Assembly (NCBI GenBank): GCA_017962615.1
Contig: JAGCUZ010000067.1
Location: 1,017-65,016 of the forward strand
Direction of reading: 5' to 3'
DNA length: 64,000 nucleotides
Origin: Bacteroidales bacterium
GTDB lineage: Bacteria > Bacteroidota > Bacteroidia > Bacteroidales > P3
Shown: piece after piece, positions 36,701 through 39,561 of the stretch
Layout: each line of letters opens with the position of its first letter
Numbering within the stretch: position 1 is the stretch's first letter
The notes under the pieces: generated by a model
Database searches by the model: none
What the model was told of the DNA's origin: nothing
Seen by the model: the letters and a program-made list of their open reading frames with translations, nothing else
Made by a program: the position numbers and the translations under genes

Positions 36701-39157
36701 GACACGGCGGTGCTGTCGGATATGAAACTGTCGCTCGGCGGCCGTACGGGCTCGTTCTACTATCATGTGTCGGCAAAGGATTTGGCAGGCTGCCGGCTCG
36801 ACAAGTGGTTTAATGTCAACGTGCTCAAATCGACGACCGACATGGTTACTGTCGACGGACACGACTATGCCGCACCGGGACTGTATTACCGCTCCAACAA
36901 CAGCGACTACATCTGCACCGACACGAACAACCACGGCTCCACGACAAGCGGTGGCATCAAGCTGCTGCGCACCTTCAAGGCCCTCTCCTTCGAGGTCGTG
37001 GCGGCACCGGCGGGCTACGGCTCGGTATCGGCCAATATAGCCGGCGAGAGTGTCAACGTGGCACCGGGCAACGACTTCCCGCACTGCGAGGGTGAGCAGA
37101 TCAACCTCGTGGCCACTCCGACCGATTCGCGCTACAGCTTCCTTATGTGGGACTACGACCCGCAGGACAACGTGTCGTCGGTGTTCACCATGCCGCGCTC
37201 CAACACCCAGCTCACAGCCTACTTCGGCTGCCGCGGCTACTGGAAGGATCAGGTCCACACCAACCCCGGCAGTTCGCACTACCGTACCGACTACAACGGC
37301 AACGTACATATCTATTCGGCCAACGGTCTTGCCTGGCTCATAAGTACCGTGAACGGCTTGAACGGACAGCCTGCACACTCGTTCTTCTTCGACACTGTGT
37401 ATATCCACGACGCTTCGCACGGCGGCGTAGACAACTACGACATGAAGACATACCGCTGGACGCCCGTGGGTACCCAGCGCCACCCCTTCAAGGGTACTAT
37501 GGTGGCCGACGACAACGTGGTAATCTCCGGTGTCACCATCAACGAGCCGCAGCACGATTATGTAGGCTTCTTCGCCTGCGCCGACAGTGCTCGCATCCAC
37601 AACGTGAACCTGAGGACTGTGATGGCCATAGGCTCGCAGTATGTGGGTGGTCTGGCAGCCAACGTGACGCACTCCAGCATCAAGGGCTGCAAGCTTACGG
37701 GCGAGAACAGTGAGTCGCCAATCATCTCGACAGGCTACATGTCGGGAGGTCTGGTGGCCAACGCCGACAACGTGAAGTTCGACAACCTCGACGTGTCGTG
37801 CAAGTTCATCGGCACCGCTATCTACAGCGGCGGCGTGGTGGGCTATGGCAACAACTCGCGAGTGGACAACGCTGCGGTGTGGGATGTCAACCGAATGGCG
37901 GCACTCTACCACGGCGGCGCAGCTGGCCGCATGGTGGGTGTGCAGACAACGACCGACACCATCTATACCGACACCACGGCTTTCGACTCTACAACGGTCG
38001 ACACCACCGGCAATGGCACCGGCGGCAACACTCACAATGCAGCCAAGAGCTTGTCGGGTTCGAAACGCATAATACAACACTACAGCTCGGGCCTGAACAA
38101 CGTGTACGTGCACGTACAGAGCGAAGGCAAGGGCCAGCGTGTCGGCGGTCTCATAGGCTATGCCACTGGCGCCGAGATGCAGAACAACTATGTGTATGGC
38201 GAGGCGCAAGGCTCAGTGTCGTCAGGAGCCTTGGGTGCCATGATAGCACGCAATGTGACGGTCGACAACTGCTTCTATCAGGAAAGCACGGCACGGCAGG
38301 CTATGGGCATGTCGCTCTCGACGGGTACTACAACCAACGTGTCCGACTTCTCGGGCTCTGGTAACCAAGTGCGTGTGAGAGACGCCGTGGGCGGCGTCGA
38401 CAACCTTACCCGCGTGCTCAACAACTGGGTGCGCCGTCAGCCGTCGGGCAGCTACAACACGTGGCGGTCAGACCTGCAGGGTGTCAACAACGGCTACCCG
38501 CTCTTCGGCATACCCGACATAGTGCCGGTGTACGACACCATCTACGACGTGGCTTGCGACGTGTATCACTGGAACGGCAACGACTACATGCTCAGCGGCG
38601 TGTATGAACGCCACAGCACCGACTCGGCCAACTTCGTCGACAGCATCGTGCTGCTCAACCTGTCGGTGTACAACAGCACCACCGAGCAGGTAGCCGACAG
38701 CGTGGCGCTGGGCGAGGACTACAGTGGCTACGGCTTCTTCCTCACCGCCGATGAGCTGCGTGCGCTGCGGTCGGTAATCGACACCAACAGCGACGGCACC
38801 GCAGTGCTGCATATAGCCGACAGCCTGCTCACCACGCACGGCTGCGACAGCATCGTGCTGCTCGACCTCACACTCTTTGTCAAGGGTGGCGGCGGCAGTG
38901 ACGCCATGGAGCCTGTGAAGGCGTTCCCCGTCAGTGTCTATCCCAACCCCACCAACGGACGTGTCACCATAGAGGCCGACGCCCTGCTGCGTGTTGAGAT
39001 ATACGACAACGTAAGTCGTCGTGTTGCCACGGTAACGGCGGGCGAAGGGAACGGCCACAGCGTGCAGTACAACCTCGAAGCACTGCCTTCGGGCGCCTAC
39101 TTCCTGCGCATCGTAACCACCAACGGCACAGCTATCAAGAAACTAATCAAGAGATAA
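15770..39157 (+). CDS. Giant (7,795 aa) multidomain cell-surface/secreted protein with a T9SS C-terminal sorting domain; adhesin-like
   Basis: Single uninterrupted 23,388-nt ORF.
- Signal peptide: MKVMKYGAAVCMLAAMMALGTPAGMA starts at codon 39 (alternative start ATG 15884).
- At least five [FY]Y[TK]xxG..P modules lie at about 19.1-24.0 kb (IYYTTNGTDPT, RFYYTLDGSTVP, NIYYTTDGTTPT, KIFYTLNGDTPT).
- Two GLUG-like regions carry GGLVG/GGVVG/GGLIG motifs.
- About 1,900 aa are [YF]GGGN-x-[AG]-x-V beta-helix-type repeats.
- One segment is InlB-B-repeat-like (AAPAGYGSVSANIAG...YSFLMWDYD).
- The C-terminus is VYPNPTNGRVTIEA...GAYFLRIVTTNGTAIKKLIKR. Confidence 0.9.
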   Translation: MMRTNNNMTENRSMLNNNMTENRSMSNNNMTEKRSMSKMKVMKYGAAVCMLAAMMALGTPAGMAQGYAPNSTGTGTVTNSNPGYAIYNGTYYIGGSSIMGSRTFQPRSCVWTSTNDKWKNSADYYLSFVAGLFSSGLGLTSNLPDATSYFMSGTESGTTGRYLYSVFDGDKQYMTYGSKWIQSSTDSAACVFTIAKHEYTPTWQSPVIGCNSELYPGNIQLTVSTAASLNPEMAYVDYEFCNNAHHYYLADNVTALATACPAATFNYVWTMTGVDSLYATLNSSTGVLSYVNPVPTETEVTITLTATSRTYGQVLTGTKRVTLKPLVLTSASEVSSGIFHVYALRNMGTGEYLRDKQDATMHYVAAQSGNLADSVTHGVMGWYFMDAGAGYVYIRNYQTGAYLYCNYTAGAREHSILVSAEMPAGNSGKFLLDAIRNENGIGMAIKPYGTTGLSVYPYSTNSGDAGTYLATASATALWQPQIVQMLRSISTTPVQLAAQQNVALGAITPDGGSVPYGGGDLFTVTPSALTVNPVIERPSYREYRRNDNVARYYWSSTEQSENLSFHSNAPEVISAEGGWSGTMVQTQVTRYHWTLADYNGTNALENLSFAAHTARADTTAARRNNGNGEITVYNYHQNANLTTRRQATLSVEAIYENVDALGNTFTFRSATSSTTAGAVQSLSLIEYTTNARDSIYAYCLVNFNRGALSDTITGTRRNANATTANTVTVSGGQNTADRYWYLVRTADNDGSVYVVNLLTKRYLYCTGTAGNNTVTTRYSATAPAESNYKFTMSNVTVDGIGYLRLSPKNAAGYYVRSNDANNSGNINMTNAGSGDAYNYTLWRNYKELVCVIAPQVSNVELLTATLDAAVDTMLTTTGEYRYGASCAIVPPHYMLNGYNYYYTVANGVWTRGTGQTIIATTDQPYVPGIAQIEWSLRAGARDGAVVAGGNYIDNGNTTNKAYINYNTLATGHGIDTLEAHFTYAGYPDASVQQWLIHYGGTAAPTSITVTPEVVGTETRLPYSLTYELEPSYAYDSVVCTTSDNTVAPVSGWSRGGRINLTAGNSLGIATVTLTAYGRGLSTGVTATVTVNTYTACATPSYTDGAAYFHGETLKISNGTESGANVDTIYYTTNGTDPTVEGSSSILSGGSISVAECEDGAIVKALAWRDGHAESDIAQYTVNRYDAPEVTDHVSKNQLDVKNGERAGDGTSHVRYTVNGLAPQYSTPTTVTGASADTAVSIAVLARGTAVSLRTYGDTKYPSEMVKRNIMRYTKPHIDNYTPYSDALSTNLTGRIYSNGGSCIYVNSDKFEVDGVTLKDPNPWDPTTYTIKVSTGTNISLAVGRIKAVAAVCNTEGVRGEVLYTSRVAVIDQNYTPYIAFQYTDGTNERFLSLNHETRQMETSTEFDQYCLWKRNLSSFISQTFNSTTYYLGVNSDNRLFITTDTNAATRFVDWDNKLYRLTRDGRFVSPTQVVQLGGNGVWSTTMVIDGVNSQIAYLVKTDQRDESEHRVLRDFYIDSIASDSTGKAYDAYSLHKYRTWLAMDQSGERYSLSVQPHVSYRTHTLPAYTYYYFDDRTSTSNNFVYYSSHSYRSEMDLPHTERDENSTASTNVTYHWVLTGNEAGAFASVSSTTNKQIVQRTATAVDRPKRARLTVWARYDDGETAMNAYTDTVTLIAESRTTLLTSNTGDGFLNDRVYVLVSYADTAYRVSFSDGSANGVDNPAVLSVRAGHNSLWRMRAVQDGANYYYTFNSINSGNPLVWNHDTSSVQDNPAVYVGRPAVAADSQFVLTPYADAENGVYFTLEPRRVATNHPYHYLSLTPYGAAFSENNSLRLINYHRSNNLYYVNQWVNSYYDSPVSAFELSRLQLRTPKMPEPGIYMDENGIVSLVDSVSILNSVDVTIYYKLCRLGGSWSADWLTYYEADKPRLELGDKIKAYSVATGSYSYFLPSEVTDEFTALKVSTPVIYSNGNLIAFEATTTTTGEPIEGARFYYTLDGSTVPTSDIGLRFSEPYDTLRANYTVKCVAYADNYLKSDVATLGFTTKLELVMDVTGTSTYNVTLGVINGSVTQGTHYNIYYTTDGTTPTTSSTLYNGQFQLTGYALVKARAITRNPSVCSTSDVVTRFVGKQLYVLNYNANGGTSSDTNFMYVTDGGDLNNDNVPHYTSFVVGPATGNVGGDLFYSYVNDGYLGCHVSGVPIAAVTSAVEASLWIYEPATHRLHTAAGDYVAFDAAQSKWTVCELTDGNPPANHYVNVCFPADTQTHLQDTIVTVTPNELHFSLMQPARWTGAVEGLGINRPEWDVYDMDGNWLSVNSGDTMKVFSSVMATVDSLIRLEHVDLSIRDNVGGSELQSWHHLPDRDRFTARESEVSTEKLVTIDAHRLGGHVVWTFNSTTKRPETNAADRSGAFNSYINYVFVGAPDYDTLCLIRNNTATSGPDFSGRLSVEATVPSGGVSYNFPRQTGYVYAETRDNGNLSISSSQTYKLTAMNDNTRYLSILAGSEADHEYVGDEPIIGLQSHYNRYALWQFRQVRNSTDNSRVWHIYNYFQPEDSVVWINNWCWEKDTYGSIYLYNPVSNAAYAWKVSHPDPIGGGNSTKCDFAINLNKGGYVTISPYNNNGTETWAKRSSQRLSLIENSNTATSTRYSHIGLAYTYWGKGHYNPSNDTTTFYKCRWKLAPATLVEPLVSMNPSGEVTFEHDFLTAPDAELRNATKIFYTLNGDTPTSTESATNMIYDPANKPVMTYGQTLKAVAYINYQSTEQTSPVVTFTPERCVAPTIAEGEGGTFVINHTAGDSVKYSLNSAVIAWDCGAPDCKLYEDGRQISMEDGDIYRMVAFKHNYFESEIASYYHVNKLELNLAYTPSTTDGVTTTAPEVALTVPGALPGFYAIYWTVDNSVDMAHLNQASLPATVHVYTGPVNDTLTVLPRNTSTIFRAVAMSTGTVTYYEASDVVQQPVMWGFGSGQTLQYGTGTQSDPYQIHTAGDLMIVAGNTALRSGYFKVMEDIDATGCSVPSIGGADFSGNWDGNYKVIKGLVNPMFESTYDAWVYNTMLDAANISATGDYCGAIVGQAKGDTRVFNSGVIAKSGVSRVSGTRYVGGLVGYLADDSRVVNCYNYASVSASAANGYAGGLVGYQVTASDVSSIGAIVFNCMNYGDVLSVQTVAPVVGGNATSNVAPNGINTYLYYAHEVELTGTTIAYNAAIDVEKRYIERYPLYRYILNSNLEKSGYFINSVLSSQNVGKWVLDRNVAPYPVVLCPMGRRTTGEFNKYIVSNSATYPSTEGNAYEGKRLGMLNVTINRGAYGTGAASTTVAIPITDIDTPNFDYNYYKIQLPYYQEYFDYSNSEAKIVTGWKVTSVTKNGSTLTSFVSGDLQHYNYADRSNPTKDIYDATNNKYRVFAQGGYYNVPEGVTAITIEAYWAKAIYLQDQYYDVTFNASDYGGRTNVTFYGTRPTQYHGQTVKTSIDAALNALTNENTVYDQAIVLVGNCHYRHERGNNGWYNSTSKPFTIMSADDDKDLEPDNVMVHQHEGRRNINPVRFDFMGNPGLSMTSMPTGSATQAIHGIWQPNGHFEITETCIARYSQFEYYYKNNSQPIILNGGIFENMLSTKSDPATALSYIQMGGHVWMRLFTPGCHSDVSKMTKHCPIIVTGGEYEEFYLSGMTNPNAPENNEDPYLFANGGRFGTYASGGMEKIPANVTVECDHIIADEFYGGGINAAKPITGNISVTVNNSKIGLYVGGPKFGDMSSGKTVTTNATNTVFGTYFGAGYGGTAIYRDRVCQDPVNSPNYNWSVCFTGDSPTVSWGGRSGVLNYKVNRGKKFNNGVLVGYDWDLLPGSGGISSLKSVARLYYHYATLSRANTRGVSNTLVGCTVKNDFYGAGYVGTTTGDVNTTLTDCTIEGSAYGAGYSAKVPMCGVDAVPTVYPYYTVQTSYYDVPPVNDKTYYTWNTVSGSIPNGTDCLDNTDYLIKTTASTSGLGTVTGNVSLTIDGNSYINGDVYGGGDEASVSGNTTVVIKDLTYVDGDVFGAGNLAVVTGNTSLTVGSADGSDKPYLYGDVYAGGNQADVGAAASNNSTTSVTINTGAMGSVYGGGNEGSVFGSTVVNVNGGWIGYEYSAEGDVNRENPVKVPVDFGDTRLTDVVCGAGYGIGTTVTKTTTVNIGNASSMAGDVHIFGSVYGGGEEGQVGGGYIRRNVKSGENVSSGYYTMDPADSLIKSMTGVATAPCDTFYYKKYDPSTYGAGWDNITSRVTVKSDGTNKVFVEGAVFGAGRGFYSEYEEHKGKYSTYANHSPEKEIRGTIYGNTIAEVGTVGQDTSMITIKTMNYYTTWEEAKSYGLVGSSALSGAVFWEQSLFVKDADYGAIVELTPGILGNKINAEGRDGSKVLNFDPGRLDVVKNVQYYLNTGRVSVAGGGEEGAVVGNYNGTYSSSGKGGNSTVIVHSGTLGDVQYHTRSGENFGEVNGCVYGAGISADIDGVSRIIFDGPTIHCRGDVYAGGCMGAVHAYKRASAGTAVTATQVTFEQGWARNVHAGSNLAPTPAGNNAVLTIGKAEWSDDGYRESEWNNTLVSESCYGGNGFSGSDAVTYVDMYSGKVGYVLSGYDINLVGDAVNKNHRHADNGVVAAPFDVPKNVVVSNHQGELLYEGALYGAGFGPQAHVRSSNVTLHGGSVRNGVYGAGEMGAVIAMTGDGEPLGSYRHTKVESDGTVKNVWTPYYAGATANVEMRGGIAAMVCGGGRGYSNFLQVEGDLPGAVCGNTNVTISGGTVDTIKYDYDLGGGSVFGGGLEGVVTGNTTVTISGGHVKGRVYGGGRGFRGAIEGKYYDSSENIKDRAAVNAGAVLGNTSVSLARDCEAIVEKGVYGGGEGCNYITPTASGQRKDTVGVVYGNATVDIAGGVIGLGLNYAGVSENGSYAGGRIAPVYGYADMLVHGTAEVASVFGGNDISGFVGGRGRSNTVSLYRSEVDGSSPLLSRDSTATYVKIYETPRVGHVYGGGNGDYTYYDDQAYAALALTKPHQKSTYIDIKIDRTLRENHANAGRPISGYVMQAFGGGNAATVDTARVHVYGLGLVDTLFGGGNSATVTRMARILLNANPVRTGSGSTQNTDNINNVNTLFGGNNAAAMSIMPAIDLNSGIVDKLYAGGNAGAMLARQTVTDLFGRSLGNVSTYLLVNSDSLTVRTALYAGCNCARVAGGTFVDVRKTTTQAAAGRTVYGIGSLFGSNDISDTVKEARIDMTGGYVHNLFGGGNGQYNYTRQGNFYVVTPYGVPYNGVNAFVDRSPGRPYVATTHVNVMGGTIDNNIYGGGYAGDCGNTYLFVNDTVTYNGHQVSATGTARVSGKIFGGGYGDETMIGNKAYSNAHVGNVTGTATTDLYHLHELGEAYAYGGGNAGDVNNTCFTVHPSWNHSFVNIYGGCRASHVKGTANTYINATDTTMDVAQALYGGNDFGGTVANSNLVVRGGRYTNIYGAGNGDYNYYADPAITALPGGTQIDTVPVSQRVRTTIYNAHVIRNAYGGSNMGYVMTDSAYHSNVADYARIELNVHGGMFERSIFTGSHGKAGGNQLAYALKQFNMDGGKVLISVYGGSENVNDGYPAECHSPSNTTRRPSSVLNFTGGEITNNVYGGGYLGRIYGSVYINVGAQAVNDCPVWTTRYETSPMMGSREYTGSGTGYDVYKPTFVTTDEADTASNLKANDLYLRQSIYNGSDWGTGSGEYVFNHVGFYGGVSNILIDGTGYNTSFSDEGSSLPAMDIYYSIIGSGTSCEGGDISRKIIMRNYGEYTCNGNEPAFSKEIFSVQRADSVIFDNVNVAIHGEQDAYTAFLSPKYSMCRVDTVIFHDENIVALKAPAVFVGNMRFEHADGSLVNRSEDMSTMYGYSINPDAPQYAGSAFTAARAAAEARFPSGMANRQDSINRYMDTVSLLENVCDSIPICVKMRSDMPFTKLYVVDGVYVDILGFTDNGGTGENANDAYGSIDGYCFLYSAPGTEAYISARHKTPQDNATDGGFFSSCDRENKVECSFNTSCIELGFDNYPTAGYRTWVLGSGEKSRKRQVTIVAHSDVRNLPGSNMRIDIPYKKTDLTDSTESLHLALAHANLMLPPIPVGHYFTIDAMYVDQANDGQMRLLKAAVGEDGNRAVWKYMNDAVPTPGSGIPVDGRDISADPDYTFGLIFMTKNRFGSPSVDCYPEGDGMRCYDHSLVSGNLNYEEIAGFKSPAIVAGGQIGLPQLEFLLTYDTNFTTTISRDVVFLMVERDQEGVRVAPLEVSVTINTVIKDFKDKDVSVLGMFNDGITDIYMRKVIMPASLNRRELYLDTIEWEPYKADQHTPDVFHLTNVSRMAGTLDSTRFAVTVEPAEDVMIDTLASMGWNTVFIPYIDVFDYCRPPAADTLYKYQADLVAGNSRGAYMGILDGRATAALDVTLHFNGNLLYPVKDTIGVIRLKFSYAEGSRDGTFNVNIYVKTRDKGDTIYLASADRVVRDGITLYPYNRQNGIYDGGMHLNYNEANGKTPTRYLQNFDDALSPLVYIEGDVFAIIDTLKFQSDRNIVLRGQDYSIMQVIRYSGSHYTFPGEACAYRGPMVMIEGDGKLTTYNMRFDGSGVSRIKPVYTTRQAYPDSLCNIFTNAQGATRYSYKPDKRVKDTTFSNGPVFLVRNGGTLTLNNKTSVLHNFNMATGLGRDTLQGAAIRVVGGHRKPTVTLSNQVLIAENVVSDAAALTNHKPSGAVHLQRASLQLGSSSATSCVTITDNFYSNGDSKFWKVSPTDDNKYLFDTTNIWRSRSNVYLTRTPGSPDAVINDDISDAVSFRYDIKSRTRIGVNKWFPGPTTRDTIQVARVSVSKQLYAKHAYENGNFINDSAAYTGDVFYHSTIGPYVLYLHRCASFKKQKLGDLLADLPNGTRLLQDSVMEYRTGINSSCPNGTDRMIYHVTGGFYPYTYTWSIEDGSGNDVTTLRTKKTPYTNDQVKKALSENNPEPMLLSNSDTAVLSDMKLSLGGRTGSFYYHVSAKDLAGCRLDKWFNVNVLKSTTDMVTVDGHDYAAPGLYYRSNNSDYICTDTNNHGSTTSGGIKLLRTFKALSFEVVAAPAGYGSVSANIAGESVNVAPGNDFPHCEGEQINLVATPTDSRYSFLMWDYDPQDNVSSVFTMPRSNTQLTAYFGCRGYWKDQVHTNPGSSHYRTDYNGNVHIYSANGLAWLISTVNGLNGQPAHSFFFDTVYIHDASHGGVDNYDMKTYRWTPVGTQRHPFKGTMVADDNVVISGVTINEPQHDYVGFFACADSARIHNVNLRTVMAIGSQYVGGLAANVTHSSIKGCKLTGENSESPIISTGYMSGGLVANADNVKFDNLDVSCKFIGTAIYSGGVVGYGNNSRVDNAAVWDVNRMAALYHGGAAGRMVGVQTTTDTIYTDTTAFDSTTVDTTGNGTGGNTHNAAKSLSGSKRIIQHYSSGLNNVYVHVQSEGKGQRVGGLIGYATGAEMQNNYVYGEAQGSVSSGALGAMIARNVTVDNCFYQESTARQAMGMSLSTGTTTNVSDFSGSGNQVRVRDAVGGVDNLTRVLNNWVRRQPSGSYNTWRSDLQGVNNGYPLFGIPDIVPVYDTIYDVACDVYHWNGNDYMLSGVYERHSTDSANFVDSIVLLNLSVYNSTTEQVADSVALGEDYSGYGFFLTADELRALRSVIDTNSDGTAVLHIADSLLTTHGCDSIVLLDLTLFVKGGGGSDAMEPVKAFPVSVYPNPTNGRVTIEADALLRVEIYDNVSRRVATVTAGEGNGHSVQYNLEALPSGAYFLRIVTTNGTAIKKLIKR
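15782..15880 (+). repeat. 33-bp x3 tandem repeat overlapping the annotated 5' end of the giant ORF
   Basis: AACAACAATATGACCGAGAACAGAAGTATGTTG occurs three times with 1-3 changes, encoding NNNMTENRSML/NNNMTENRSMS/NNNMTEKRSMS. Each unit carries two in-frame ATGs. Confidence 0.95.
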
Positions 39158-39272
39158 TACTTTAGTTTTAAGTTATTAGTTCTAAGTTTTAAGTGGCTGG
39201 CGCAATATCTATCGCATCTATCACATCTATCGTATCTATCCTATCAACATTAAACATATCAACATATTCAGT
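39155..39272 (+). repeat. Stop-codon-anchored intergenic repeat, copy 1 (AT-rich TAAGTTATTAG part, 9-bp ATCTATCNN iterons, ATCAACAT repeats)
   Basis: Aligns with 49197-49334: TAAGTTATTAGTTYTAAGTT.TAAGTRGCTGRCGCAAYATCTATCGCATCTATCACATCTATCGTATCTATCCTATCAACAT. Confidence 0.9.
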
Positions 39273-39467
39273 ATGAAGAGAAAATACACGACCCCGTCTA
39301 TCGAAATCCGCAGCTACGCTGTGGAGGCGGGCTTTGCGGTAACACTGCTTCTCGAATCGGACAACCGTCTGGAATGGGCTGGCGACCACGAGACCATGCG
39401 CAGCCAGGAGGAGCTCTCCGAATTGACCGACAACACCGGCGAGTACTCGGCGGGCTATTGGGAATAG
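39273..39467 (+). CDS. Hypothetical small protein (64 aa)
   Basis: ATG-initiated ORF (MKRKYTTPSIEIRSYAVEAGFAVTLLLESDNRLEWAGDHE...SAGYWE) in the gap between the giant gene and the lipoprotein gene, on the same strand. The same 24-mer precedes it and the lipoprotein start. No recognisable family. Confidence 0.4.
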   Translation: MKRKYTTPSIEIRSYAVEAGFAVTLLLESDNRLEWAGDHETMRSQEELSELTDNTGEYSAGYWE

Positions 39468-39472
39468 TGGAA

Positions 39473-39496
39473 CTAGGCAAACATAGGATTGCCTAG
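39473..39496 (+). promoter_or_regulatory. Hairpin between the small ORF and the lipoprotein gene
   Basis: CTAGGCAA-ACATAGGA-TTGCCTAG forms an 8-bp stem. GGATTGCCTA is repeated directly at 39506-39515. No U-tract follows. Confidence 0.3.
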
Positions 39497-39561
39497 GATA
39501 CCCTGGGATTGCCTATGTGGGGCAACGTATAAACGTATCAACATTAAACATATCAACATCA

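Noticed and set aside
15770-39157. Diversity-generating retroelement or phase-variable invertible promoter controlling the giant gene.
   Set aside because: The window has no reverse transcriptase, no template/variable repeat pair with adenine-specific differences and no recombinase gene. The inverted repeats found are either 35 kb apart or form a 3-nt-loop palindrome, so they do not flank a promoter-sized segment.
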